Shown: positions 1 through 12,817 of the stretch, piece after piece
Layout of the letters: every line of letters starts with the position of its first letter
How positions within the stretch are numbered: the first letter of the stretch is position 1
Assembly: GCA_964016885.1 (NCBI GenBank)
Contig: OZ024750.1
Coordinates: 24,180,001-24,244,000, forward strand
Direction: 5' to 3'
Source of the DNA: Eledone cirrhosa
Lineage: Eukaryota
DNA length: 64,000 nt
The notes under the pieces: generated by a model
The model's input: the letters and a program-made list of their open reading frames with translations, nothing else
The model's database searches: none
Told to the model about the DNA's origin: nothing
Made by a program: the position numbers and the translations under genes

Positions 1-634
1 GCTAACAAGAGTTAGAAAGTTTGTTACAAACCAAATCAGTACTCTATTGGAGTTACTGTCCTCATAGAAAGATAAGTGATCACATCTCACTCAAATACGT
101 TACATTTTGACTTGGTTTTTATGGCTGGATGCCCTTTCTTATGCCAGCTACTTTACTGTATGTATTTGGGGTATACTATCATGTTATCAACCCTAAAGAA
201 GTTGTCATCTCCTCAGCCAGACTAAAGTGAAATGATTGGGCTCAGTATAGAGAAAAGGAGTAAGTAGACATTCCTTAGGGTGTACTCAGTGCAAACTGTG
301 GATGCATCAGGGTGTTGTGGGATTGCAAGCAGGTATACAGTAGATGCATAGGTGCAATAAGCAATGAGTACACATCAAATTGATTGTCCTTTCTAACACC
401 AATTACTTTACATAGTGAACTGGATCCATATCATTGTGGCACCTGCACTAGCGAGGCTGTCATGTTCTAGGCAAGCCTAAAGAGTCCTCTCTGCTCTAAA
501 TTGTCTCCAATTCTTTAAAGCAGCTGGGACAGAGATGGTGAATAGGATAAAGACTGAGTATTAGTGAGACATGGGGGAGGGGATATAGAAGGAATAGGGT
601 AAACTAATGAAGTAAACAGTGAAAGATAGCTACA

Positions 635-701
635 TGGTGGTGATGATGATGATGGTGGCGGTGGTGGTGGTGGCGGCGGCGGCGGTGGTGGTGGTGGTGG
701 T
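635..701. repeat. (GGT/GGC/GAT)n trinucleotide microsatellite
   Basis: Direct inspection; it produces the poly-Pro ORF 515..907. Confidence 0.9.
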
Positions 702-1118
702 GAAAGGAAGAGTCGTAGAATTGTTAGAGAGTAAAAAGTTAAAGTAATCAATGAGTAAAGTGATCTATGCCAACAGAAAATATGAATGAGGGGGTGTGAA
801 AGTGTGCATATGGGTTGAAGGTTAAAAATAGTGAAAGATGATGGTAATACAGAGTGGTAGGTGTCAATGAAAGTTGATATTGGAAAGAGAAAAGGATAGC
901 TTACCATCTTTCATTACACAGGAATCATGTTGGTAGATAAATAGTGATAAAGAATTATGGTGGGGGAAGAATAAATCTAGACTAATCCAGAGAACAGTAG
1001 ATGAAGAGTTAAAAGGAATGTAATATGATGCATGAACAAGCAAAATGTAATATTATATATTCCAATCTCCATCACTATTTTATTGACCATTTTTGGCCAT
1101 GTTTGCAAGGGTATAGAT

Positions 1119-1327
1119 CAGGCATGTTAATCATGTGGTCCGCATGTTGCATGTAGCCCTTTACAAACACACCTGTGGCCCGCAGAAAGGTTTTTACAGC
1201 AAGGTTATATTTTATCTTTGCAATATAAAATAAAAAAAATTAATCATAATGTGCGCAATTAGTTGTCGTGTGTGGCCTTTGGTCAACAATATGTGGCCTC
1301 CGGGAGACCCTCAGTTTGACATGCCTG
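1119..1327. mobile_element. hAT (Charlie/Buster-type) MITE
   Basis: CAGGCATGT...ACATGCCTG termini; perfect 8-bp TSD GTATAGAT. Confidence 0.85.
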
Positions 1328-1572
1328 GTATAGATGGGGTCTTCTTCAGAACTTGTCACCACTCAAATCAGTTTGTCATCTTCCTGTGATTTGGCTCCTT
1401 GATATTGGTCTTTACTGCTTCTTTCCATGTCTTCCTAAGTCTCTCTCTTTCATCATTTACATCTACTTCAAACCCTCAGTATTTCTTTATAAAACTGATA
1501 TCCTTTTAGTAGTTTTAACAGTTAGTTTCTCATTCTTTCACTTTCTCCACTCACCTTCTTTACTTCTTTTAA

Positions 1573-1765
1573 CCCTTTAGCATTTAAACCAGCCGTATCC
1601 AGCCAGAATTTTCTCACCTCTTTCGGTTCAAACTGGCCTTAACTGGCCACTCATATTGATTTTAATATTGAATATCATAGATTCAAGATTATGTGAGATA
1701 TGTGAAATAAAGCCTTTAACACGAAAATACAATAGTAAATATAGAATAATATAAATGCTAATGGG
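1573..1765 (+). mobile_element. piggyBac-type MITE family A (~200-220 bp), representative copy
   Basis: TTAA|CCCTTTAGCATTTA...TAAATGCTAAAGGG|TTAA consensus. Same orientation: 4182-4355, 18142-18359, 26757-26957, 34615-34818, 44864-~45075. Opposite orientation: 32922-~33104, 35243-35440, 39751-39941, 42696-42901, 44266-44471, 53979-54185, 55151-55363, 55649-55864, 58227-58445. Confidence 0.9.
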
Positions 1766-2015
1766 TTAAATGTTATCGTATTCCTAGTTGCTAGGTTTAC
1801 CTTTATACTTAACATTTAATTCAAAGCCAGTTGCGTCAACACTGTATCATGCTAAATCACCATGAGAATTATGTTAAGAGTATTCATGTCTATGGAATAC
1901 TCAGCCACTTACACATGAGCAGGCCATTCTGTTGACGAAACAATTATAAACTGATGGAGAGCTGTTCCATGTGTGTGTGTGCATGCATGTATATGTGTGG
2001 GTATATGTTGTAACA

Positions 2016-2400
2016 CAGCAGTCTCCAGCCTTTTTTTTATACCTTGGACCGGCTTCATGTCAGATAATCTTTCTGCGGATTGGTACTTTCACATATGTTA
2101 TTTAAGGGCATCATGATAAAGAGAGCAATGATTAAGAGAGCAATGATAAAGAGAGCAATGATAAAGAGAGCAATGATAAAGAGAGCAATGATAAAGAGAG
2201 CAATGATAAAGAGAGCAATTTATTAAAAGGAAGAAAAAGTGTATAATCTTTTAACTCCCATGTAAATCGTTTTAAATTAAGGTCCAATATTCAATTTATC
2301 TATTATATAGTTTTAAACAAGTTAATTATTTATTTGCGGCCCAGTAGCAAATGATCCATGGACCAGTACCAGTCTGCAGCCTGGTGGTTGGGGAACTCTG
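2016..2400 (+). mobile_element. hAT-Charlie MITE containing a 15-bp tandem repeat (GATAAAGAGAGCAAT x7, ~2115-2220)
   Basis: CAGCAGTCTCCAGCC...GGTTGGGGAACTCTG termini; degenerate 8-bp TSD TTGTAACA/CTGTAACG. Confidence 0.8.
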
Positions 2401-2840
2401 CTGTAACGCACACATTTTCATACACATCATCATCATTTAGCAACTATTTTCCAGACTTTCATGTTTTAGATGGATTAACGTCAAGTAACCATGTCTTGCA
2501 CATATGTTCCATTTTGGCTTGGTTTCTATGGCTCGATGCCCTTTTCTAACATCAACCTCTTTACAGAGTGTACTGGGAGCAGTTTATTGTGAATCCAGGA
2601 TTACCACTGTACAGGGTAGACTAGGTGATTTTTTTTTTTTTTTTTTTTTTGTCATGACTCGATCTTACAGGGTGTAATGGGTGATTTTCAATCAACACGA
2701 TATACAAATATTTTTTACTTTTTGCATCATAATTTGTGAGGAATAGTCATTGATTACAGATTTCATTGGTTCACTGCATACAGCCCTTATCGAGTCCTCT
2801 TTGGATTTTGATCTTTGTATTTATTACTAATATATATATA

Positions 2841-3280
2841 AGGTGCATGGCTTAGTAGTTAGAGCATTGGGCTTGCAATCGAAAGGTTGTGAGTTCAATT
2901 TTCGGACTGGGTGATGTGTTGTTTCCTTGAGCAAGACACTTTATTTCACATTGCTCCAGTTTACTCAGCTGTAGAAATGAGATGATAGGACCAGGGTCCC
3001 TATCATTCCACTGCAAAGTGGTCGTGGAGTAGCCATGGCAAAAAAGCACCCAGCCCACTCTGTAAAGTGGACGTGTAGGCGCCATGGAAAAAAAAGCACC
3101 CAGCACTCACTGTAAATGAGGTTGGTGTTAGGAAGGGCATCCAGCTGTAGAAATCAAGCCAGAATCAGTTCCTGTATGAGCAAGACAAGGTAAGCCAACC
3201 TGACACTGCCCACAACAGGACAACCCATCTAACCCATGCCAGCGTGGAAGAACGGACATAAAACGGTGATGATGATGATA
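2841..3280 (+). mobile_element. tRNA-derived SINE family 1 with RTE-like 3' tail ending in (GAT)n
   Basis: A box TGGCTTAGTAGTTAG, B box GAGTTCAATTTTC, core TCCTTGAGCAAGACACT, tail AGGAAGGGCATCCAGC...AACCCATGCCAGC...GATGATGAT. Partial copies at ~20690-20955, 27188-27400, 30270-30470, 50595-50960. Confidence 0.8.
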
Positions 3281-3494
3281 TTACATTTAAAATTAAAGAT
3301 GTCGTGTTTGAGATAATCTTGACCATGCATCTTATCATGTGCCTCAAAGAAAAATTCAAGGAATAAATCCAAGCATTTAATCATTACAAAATAGTGAATG
3401 ACATATATACATAGATTTATATTATATAAATGTACGATATATTTATATTATATAAATGTACAATAGCACATATCAAATTTTAGCAGGAGATAAT

Positions 3495-3538
3495 CTCTCT
3501 CTCTCGCTCTCTCGCTCTCTCGCTCTCTCGCTCTCTCG

Positions 3539-3573
<35 letters not shown>
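3495..3573. repeat. (CT)n/(CTCTCTCG)n microsatellite
   Basis: Direct inspection. Confidence 0.9.
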
Positions 3574-6233
3574 AGAACTACGTAAAAGACATGACACCTT
3601 TAGTGTTGGTGTCATGATATGATGCACTCATTAGAGTGAAGATATGTGTGTGAGATGTTGACCACTAACACATCTGTGAGGTCAGTAGCATTGTTTGAAT
3701 ACTGACCCTGTCTGTGACAACCTCTTCAACCCTTGCTAGCAGGGAAACAGATGTTAAATGATGATGATATATATATATATATGTGGGGTGGGGGTGCACA
3801 TACAAACTAATACAGATTGCTATCAGTGTTTTACATCTGTTTTTTTTTTCCATGCTGTCATAGGTTGTACATTTCTCATTACACCTCACCAGTGTGGCCT
3901 TCCTTTTGTCACCTGGTACACAATAGAGATAAATTGGCCAACTCTGTTTGTTCTACAGTGTAGCCTAGGGTAAGGTGGATTTTAAGATACCACAATCACT
4001 AGAGATTATTTGTCTTGACTAAGAGTCCTTGTAGCAGTTTATATTTAGTTACTGCTCTCAAAGGAGAGGTAAACTAATATGTGTATCATAAACAATTATA
4101 TTACTCTTTTACTCTTTTCAGCCATCCGGCTGATGCCATGCTGGGGCATGTACTTATTTTGTATGAAAGCTGTTCTGTTAACCCTTTAGCATTTAAACCA
4201 GCTGTAATCAGCCACTCATATCCTCGTTAAGGTATTGTCTTCAAAGTAAATATCAAAATCTCATAGATTTGATATTATGTGAGATAGTTATGTGAGGTAA
4301 AGCCTTTACCATGAAAATACAATAGTAAATATAGAGTAATGTGAATGCTAAAGGGTTAATGCATTTATGTAAGGGATAGATAAATATTTGAGGGAATTTG
4401 GTCTGTGTGTTGTTAGTGCCAGGTTTCCATTTGTTTTCTTCCTAAAAATTTTTTTTTCTAAAGATATGTGTACTGCTGAATAAACAATTTTTTTCAGCAG
4501 TTCTTGAGTGGGAGAATAACCTCGATGTTAGTATTAATATGAGGATCTCATTTTGTCTGTGTCTGACACACTACATTTATTATTAGAGATGGCAGTTGCA
4601 ATGTTTCATTACTATATACAAAATCTATTTGCTAGAATTATTCACTTTCATGTTTGTTTTTCCAAATAGAATTATCAATAAAAGTCAAAACTAAAAATTT
4701 TTTTCTTGAGGCATTGTTTTTACGTAACAAAGTTGCTGTTGTCATTGTTACTGTCAGTTATGATTTACAAGTTGTGATAAATTACTTGTTAGTGTTCTAG
4801 TTTGACTTGTTAATCTACAATATTTACTTTGAACAACAGATGGTATTAACAGGAATGAAAGAAAGCAGAATAATTGAAGTACACATGACTAGTATGTGTA
4901 AATCTTCTTCTTCTCTTTGCCCACTTATTCCTGAGAAGATTGTGGGGGCAGGCACTCTCTCCAGCAGCTCCTGTCAGAAGCAATCGTCTCCATGCTGAAC
5001 TAAATGAAAACAAATATTAGATTCAGTATAATTCATTTAGTATTCAGAACTACAAAAAAAAAAAGTTAAAAAAAACAAAAAAACAGTAAAAAGAAACTAA
5101 TATTATGTAACTTAGACTGATTTTAAAATCTTCTTTACTCATTTTTAGTTAAAAAAAGTTTGCATTTTAGTCTTTTATTTATGAAGCTCATGTTATGAAA
5201 CTGTAGCTACCAAAAAAAGTAGTACAAAGGTAATGGCAGATTTATGCCGAAATTTATTGATTATTGAGTGGGTTATTCAACATTCTGGTTTACGTATTAT
5301 AGATAAATCACTTACCGATCAATGAACAGTTTTCTACTCCAGTCTTTGAAAGTTACATGGGTGGAATTGAAGTAGGTCAGCAAAATTTAAGCTTCAGACT
5401 TAATACTTGATTTACTTGTTCCATTTACAATGCAAATTTTAAACTTTTTTTTATTGAATGTTTATAAGTGTTTTAGTAAAGTTATGTTTACAGAAAAAGG
5501 GTGTTGTTCATACCATGTAGAACCTTTCCTGATTTACAAGAATATGTTGGAGATAGTTGTGTGCTTGGTTGTAATTCTGAACAGGACTGGACATGGGCTG
5601 TGACAGCCTGTTTGATCAATGTTAGCTTGAAGCCATATGTAAAATGAGGATGATGGTGATACACACACTCACATATATATATATACTCATATATATATAT
5701 CATCATCATTTTATGTCTGCTATTCCCTGATTGCAAGGGTGGGATGGGTCCTATTCAGTGCAGCATCTCTCCATTCGTCACAGTTCTTTGTCATCTCCTC
5801 TGTGAGCTTCAGCGATCTGAGGTCAGCTCTCACACCATGGTCTTCCTCTACTGCGTCTTCCTTCTACTGGGATTTCTTGGCACTTCTTTACCCAGCGGTC
5901 ATCCTCCATGTGCATCACATGTCCATACCAACGGCCTTTTCTCCTGCACACTACAGCCTACCCCCTCTTATACAGATTACGGACGTAAAATGATGATGAT
6001 GATATATACACACACACATACTCTTTCTCTCTCTTTCTCTCTCTTTCTCTCTCTTTCTCTCTCTTTCTCTCTTTCTCTCCATCTCTCTCTCTCTCCTTTC
6101 TCTCTTTCTCTCCATCTCTCTCTCCTTTCTCTCTTTCTTACCCCCCCCCCCCCCCCCCCCAGGAAGATGTCAAATCTTTACAAAAATAAAATTAAAATGA
6201 TCATTTGAATATGAACATTTTTCTTTTTTTTTT

Positions 6234-6273
<40 letters not shown>

Positions 6274-6763
6274 AAACCAAGATGTAGAGTGATTGACATA
6301 AAAAAGCTTTTAGCTTGAACTTTTTATTCTATTATTTTTCTTCTTGAATATTTCTGACAAACTGTATTTTTCAAGTTTTGAAAAATACAGTTTGTCAGAA
6401 AGTATTACACTTTGTATTTATTTATACAGCTAACAACTAACTTATATTTTGGTTAATTTTCCAAATGATTAGTTATCAGTTTAGCCCAATTGTAAAATTT
6501 CAGCAATTTGACACAGACGAGTATTTTTGGCAGCAATTAGCTTAAAACATCAATATATGTTAACAGTTATATTTTTGGACTTTTTGAGTTCTATGTTCTT
6601 TCTGCTTCATTAATATTTGGCAACTCGATGGCTGATTATCCTGATGGTTTCTAATCAAAGTTCTGGCAGAGAAAATATCTATTCACATGCTTTATTTTGC
6701 TAGTTTGCATGAGAAAAGTTTCACTTTAGTATGTGTATATAAAATAATAGCAAGATATATTAT

Positions 6764-7231
6764 TACTAGCAAAAGAGCCTGTTGTTCCCAGGCACAACTT
6801 TCACCACTGTAAATAAAGAACCCCCACCCCCTCCTCTTTCCTCAGCATAGCCGACTTTAACTGGCCCCGGAACTCTGCTATTTTAGGGAAAAGAAAGATT
6901 TAAACCATATGTTGACAAGTTCCGGGAGCTAAATAAACTATGTATCAAATTTGAACAAAATTTGGGTTGAAATTGTGGAAATGCATCGCCTGCATAGAGA
7001 CAGACATTTTCATATTTATATATATATATAGAATAGCTGAGGTACCCGGCTTTGCCTGGGAGAATAGTTAAGAGAAGGCTGATAAAAGAGAAAACGACTG
7101 TATTGGATGTGTTGTCTGGTTTACAGCATGAGATGAGACCGTAATTGTGTGTGTGTGCGTGTGTGTAGTTTTTGTGTGATTCAACCAACCAACCAACCAA
7201 TAAATATCTCTCTTTTATATTATATATAGAT
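6764..7231 (+). mobile_element. Two adjacent Helentron/HINE (DINE-1-like) non-autonomous elements
   Basis: Starts ACTAGC.. and ATAGCTGAGGTACCCGGCTTTGCCTGGG; ends TTTTATATTATATATAGAT with (CAAC)n. A reverse copy of the first element lies at ~8710-8950. Confidence 0.5.
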
Positions 7232-7664
7232 AACCATAAAAACAAAAGAACAGACAGTTATCTTGCACAAGAATGGCAAATGATAATCAATTGCTTTCTT
7301 TTATGCTCAGATGCATCCATCTACTCTGAGACAGACTTCAAGGTTGAAGGAACTATATTTATATTCTTCAAATATGGTTATTTGTGGCATAAAGGAGCCC
7401 CCCCCCCAAAAAAAAAACCCCATCAGATTGCAGACTTGGTTGCTGGGAACTTACCTCTTTGTACATTTTGAAGAGTGCTCTGTAATATTTGTTTGTTCTT
7501 TACTTTCTTTTTATTGTTTTAAAGGACTGACACTTTGAGTTAATAGTTTTTCTGTATTTTTTACAATATTTTACTGATTTGTGAGAAAAGAAAATTTTTT
7601 AAATGTTTTATTTTTTCCAACTTTTTTCAGTGTTAGTTTTAATATATATTTTTATTTATTTCAG

Positions 7665-7758
7665 TTTGTCCTCTTGTTTGAGCAATTTATTCCTTTAGTG
7701 CTGTTTGTCATCTTAATCTTAATTCGAAGAAAACAGCCGGCTCATCCATGGAAAGCAA
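7665..7758 (+). CDS. ABCA2: ABCA2-like exon 1 in window (TM1): FVLLFEQFIPLVLFVILILIRRKQPAHPWKA
   Basis: ttcag|TTT ... GCAA|gtaagt; 94 nt, ends phase 1. Confidence 0.93.
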
Positions 7759-9406
7759 GTAAGTTGCAGTTATTTATTCATTTAAAAAAAAAAAAGATTA
7801 ATAATTCATAAGATGATATTTAAAGATATGTGGATTTTAATTCCAGCCTTGAATATATGTATTTGCTCTAAAATTCTGTTGTAATTGTTTTGTAACATTC
7901 TTGATGTGAAGTCATTTCTTGAAACATATTGTTATACTTCAGAAGGTTCATACTGCCAATAAAAAACACACACACCACTTTGATTTTATTGTTAGTCAGG
8001 TAACAATAGTGGTTTAGCAGTATCAGTATTGGTAGAATGTTTTCCACATTTAGTGAAGACTTTCCAAGTTCTGAGTTAAAATTCTGCTGAGGTCAAACTT
8101 TGCCTTTCATCCTTCTAAAGTCAATAGAATAAAGTACCAGTTAAATACTGAAGTTGATATTTATTTATTTATTCAATTTAAACGTCCGTATAGAGCTAAT
8201 AAGCCATGACAGACTTGGGGAAGTATTGAGTACTCTTTACAGTTGGTAATCAAAAAGAGCTAGTGAGACAAATAATAAGAAATGACTTTATTCTTCCCCC
8301 AAATTGCTGGCCTTGTGTCAATGTTAGAAATAATTATTAACTAATCCATTCTTTGGTTAGTTTAGTTGACTGATAGTTATTTCCTCGTCAAAGCTCTTTT
8401 GTCACACATTCTGTGACTTCCTCAAACATTATTTTTGCCCCATTTATGCCTCCTCTTAATTTATATTTTATTTTATTTACTCCATCTTGTCTTTTTACCT
8501 GTTGAGAAACTGAAAAAAGATCAGTTTTGTACGGCAAAAAAGAACAAGTAACATGGTGTTGGGTTAAAAATGTTTTGTTGTGGAAGTAGCAAAAGGGATA
8601 TTTATGAAATGTGGAGAAGTAAACTGAGAAAAATATTGTAGAAAAGGTATGGAATCTACTTCAAATAATCAAGTTTAAAAGTTAATCAATATTGGTTAAG
8701 GAAACTTGTTATCTATCTATATATATATATAACAATGAAAATATCTGTCTTTATGCAGGTGATGCATTTTCAGTTTCCATTCAATTTTGTTCAAATTTGA
8801 TGCATAGGTTATTTAGCTCCCAGAGCATGTCAACATATAGTTTAGATCTTGCTCTTCTCTAAAATAGCAGAGTTCTGGGGCCATTTACTAGTTTACTATA
8901 AATGGGGCCATATACTAGTTTACTAGCCTGTTTTGCTAGTTTACTATAAAAGCAAATCCCCCCCCCCCCCCCCTCATTTGATTAGATGAAAGAACTCTCA
9001 AGCTGTACTTGTTGAAATGACAATTTTAATTTGACTCCACATAATGCCAATTATTGTCATGGGGAGGGAATGTAATCAATTTTAGGGATCTGACCCACTT
9101 TTGCACATGAGTTAGATATCAAACTAGTTAGATAAAAGCAACTGGCATTTTATATCACATAGAAAGCTCTCCTCTCTATATTTAATGAAATATTGAAAGC
9201 TTGAATATACAAGGTGCACCAGTCTTTTTGAGGGCATTTGCATGAATTTATAAAATGACACATAGCACATCAAAGAACTGTTATATTTAGATAAAATTGG
9301 TACACATATTATTTTCAATACATTTATGATATCTATTCAATGAAAATAGGGTCTGAAATTTTGGCATGCCCGAATCAGATATCCTCTATCAATATTGGAC
9401 ATTCTG

Positions 9407-9680
9407 CTAGTAATGGCAGACTTGAGAGATTCTATAGTGTTGTAGGGTCATGATTAACCTTTCTTTTAACTTTGCCCCATACATAATAGTCAAGAGGATT
9501 GAGATTTGTTGAGCTAGGAGGCCATGTGTCTGGAAGAACGTGGTCATGGACATTGTCCCACATCCATGCTTGTGTTGTTCTGGCCTTATGAGAAGGCATG
9601 GAGTCTTGTTGGAAAATGGTCTTCTGTTGCTTCCCCTGTCTATCCAGGGCTTCACGACTGTCTTCAACACCCCATGAATC
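9407..9680 (-). pseudogene. Tc1/mariner DD37D (maT-type) transposase relic
   Basis: Minus frame reads FQQDSMPSHKARTTQAWMWDNVHDHVLPDTWPPSSTNLNPLDYYVWG, with 37 residues between the QQD and PLD aspartates. Confidence 0.85.
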
Positions 9681-9699
9681 TATTCTTAACAGATGAGTG

Positions 9700-10640
9700 A
9701 ACTAAAGCTCTGTAGAATGTTTTTTTTAACTTTGCTTTTGGTTATGACAGCACATATGATATTTGCAATCACTCTTATACTTATGTAATCAATGTACAGT
9801 TTATGCAGAAAATACATGTGCAGGGAGTACATTTTCAAAAGTTCTGGAGATGAATTTTTAGTACAAAACTTTTGTTGAGTCACCCTATGGAGAGACTGGG
9901 GTATAAAGCTTCTGATAGGATCAGAACCTATTGTAACATAGATAGAAACATGAGAAAAGAGATTATATCTGTGAACAAGTGGTTGTAATGAGTTGGTGAA
10001 TGACCTGAATGGGATACAGAATATTTTGTGTGTACAGCAGCTGCACCATTCCAAATATGGGAATAGTACTCCAATGTGGATATCATTTGAACTTTGTAAT
10101 GGGTTAGCCATTGATCAAAACTGAAGTGTTTTTAGCTTTGAAGAAGAAATATTATGTTCCTTGATATATGTAGTTATGCCTTAGTGCTGTTTGAGACTAG
10201 GTCATCAAGTTCTCATTGAAGAATGGAGACAGTGCAAATCTAGTATGAAGTAGGTGTCTAGCTTGGTTGTGAATGATGCCTCAGTGAGAAAAGATAAATG
10301 AAGGATAGTGTTATGTGCATAGGAGACTTTTGTTAGAAATGACAGCCACTAAGTCATTAATGTGTAGAAGAAATACTGTGTGGGGAAAATAACCAAACCA
10401 AAGCTGACAGGGTGTTAGTGTAGCATTTGCTGCCATAAGATGTTGGACTAGATGAAAACTTCTACTATTAGAGATAAATCAGATAAAGGCCCCAGTTAGG
10501 CAACTTAGCTGGGTGGTTCTCATGCCATTCATAATTAAAGGCTTATGCTTTTAAGTTCCTGTATGTAAGAGTACTTTGGTGCACAACAAAGCAAGTTTAC
10601 AATGGATGTGACTCTTTAGAAACCATGCAGGTAGTCGAGA
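9700..10640 (-). mobile_element. Highly degraded CR1/Jockey-like LINE remnant
   Basis: Minus frame near 10030-10110 reads LTHYKVQMISTLEYYSHIWNGAA, like the RT C-terminal LEYCSHIW motif; boundaries approximate. Confidence 0.45.
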
Positions 10641-10652
10641 AAAAGGGAGAGA

Positions 10653-10799
10653 AATTTCCTGGCGTTGAAGACACTATTTTTTTCCTAAAATGTCTCAAAA
10701 ATCTACCATGCATCCTGGAGGCCAAAGGTTGTTTATTATTTTTTTCAAATTTTTAGTTGTTAAAATTAGGGTGCATCCTCGCCTCTGGGAAATACAGTA
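10653..10799 (-). mobile_element. Tc2/pogo-like MITE, degenerate copy of the 34077 family
   Basis: Reverse-complement similarity to 34077-34239. Confidence 0.7.
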
Positions 10800-11678
10800 T
10801 TTTTAAGATGCTGAAAGTTAGGGGAAAACGTTTGTAGCTGGTAGGCTCTGAATGGACTTCCTTTTTGAGAATGGAATACACTGTAGTGTGTTTCCATAGG
10901 ACTGCTTGCTTTGTTAAGCTGGAGTAACTTTAGATGTTTTTGCACTTAGCAATTGTATATACATGGTGGTGAAACTGAAGGAGTTTGAAGAAAATTGTGT
11001 GCACATGTGTTTATGTCATGTAGAGTTAAAAAGTAAAAGTGGTGACTTTACCTACATGACTGCAGAACCATCTTGTTTGAGAAATGGTTAGTAGGATCTC
11101 TCTTAACAAGAGACCAGTGTTGATAAGGTTGTATGTTTTGTGTCTAGAAATGTAATTGTTTGCAGTAGATTTGAACTTGTATATTATAAAAAGGACAAGG
11201 CACTAAATTATTAGAAAGTCAGATAGAATGCTTTGCAGGATATATTCTGGCTTTCTGCAATCTAAATTCAAATCCCACCTCAGTCAAGATTGCCTCTCAC
11301 TGTCTCTCTCTCTTTGTGTACTTGTGTAAGAAATGATTTGCCTTGAGACCTGGAGAAGGGAATAGACACTGCTAGATTTAAAACACCCAAGACACACCAT
11401 ATATCAGCACATCACCAATATGACTCCATCAGAAGTTAGAGGTCGATACAAACATACAGTATAAAAATGTAGTTGAACAACTTATTCACTCAGTCATGTA
11501 ATCTCTGAGGTGATGCATATAGATAAGAGAAAAACAATATGTTAATACCAAGTTTGTGCGTCTTAATGACAATGAAAATTGTTAGACATCAGTGTTTGGA
11601 TTTGTACCTGGGATTTATGCCAAATTATGATTGAAGTAGATAATTCTGTTTTAAGTATAATGGTGTTACAGAGCTTAA

Positions 11679-11942
11679 CCCTTTAGCATTTACATTGCTC
11701 TATATATACTAATGTTTTCGTGGTAAAGACTTTACTCACATAATTATCTCGCATAATATCTAATCTATGAGATTTTGATATTATTTATAATAATAAATAA
11801 TAATAAATAATATCAAAATCTCATAGGTTTGATATTATGTGAGGTAAAGCTTTTACCATGAAAATATAACAGTAAATATAGAAAATATAACAGTATATAT
11901 AGAGTAATATAACAGTATATATAGAGTAATGTATATAAAGAG
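11679..11942. mobile_element. Fold-back derivative of piggyBac MITE family A
   Basis: Two copies of the same half in inverted orientation around an AAT-rich centre, flanked by TTAA. Confidence 0.8.
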
Positions 11943-12414
11943 TTAAAAATAATTAAATGATATAAACAACTTTATTTACAGAGAGTATTGAAACCAGAAT
12001 AATAAATCTAGAGCTATCAAGATTATGTTTCTTTAGTCACCTGCCCTGATATTTATAAAGGGTTAAATGCTCTTAGCTGCTGAAATAATCACTTACTTTG
12101 ATTAGAAATATCAATTTTTTAGAAGTAGTTTTAGCCATGGCGTTATTTTGTTTGCAGTTTTAGTTCCCTTGAGAATACTACTCTCTGTGATTAATTTATC
12201 AATATTCCTGACAAACAAAATCTATAGGAAATTCAAGAGAAAAGTTGCTGCTTTATTAGAGTTACTCCATTTCTACAGGATTTAATCTTGTCAGAACCCT
12301 AGCTCAATTATTTAATGAATGGAATTGGTGCAAACTTGTCCCACCTTTACAAATAGCAAATGAAAACTAGTATATTGCTGGGTCATACTGACTTAACTAA
12401 TTTATACTCGCGTT

Positions 12415-12817
12415 ATGCAGAGGATATGTGAAAGCTAGAGAGAAATGAAGCAATCATGCTCTGATGGATGTGTAGTGCTAATGTGCATGAATGACAAAGC
12501 ATGGATGAGTTGCGAGAAAAGCTGGATGTAAGAGGATGTTTATCAGATGGAGTGTGCAGGAGAGAAGACTCTACTGGTATGGTCATGTGATGTGTATGGA
12601 TGATGATAGTTGGGTGAAGAAATGCCAAAGGAGTTACAGTAAAGAGAGGTCAAAGAAGACCTGGACATAAGTTGAAAGAGCTGATCTCAAATCACTGAAG
12701 CTCAGTCTAGTTGACAAAGGACTGCGACAAGTGGAAAGAGCTGTGCTGGAAAAGGCCTGTGCAACCCAGGTAAATACAGAAAAATGGATGTAAAATGGCA
12801 ATGATGATGATGATGAT
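12415..12817 (+). mobile_element. 5'-truncated RTE-type LINE 3' end with (GAT)n tail
   Basis: Degraded frame KLERNEAIML*WMC...ELREKL...QERRLYWYGHVMCM..WVKKC. A related copy lies at ~16375-16860. Confidence 0.8.

Noticed and set aside
1-7664. Search for the ABCA2 start exon (M..QL.LLLWKN...RR)
   Set aside because: No matching frame found by eye; it probably lies upstream of the window
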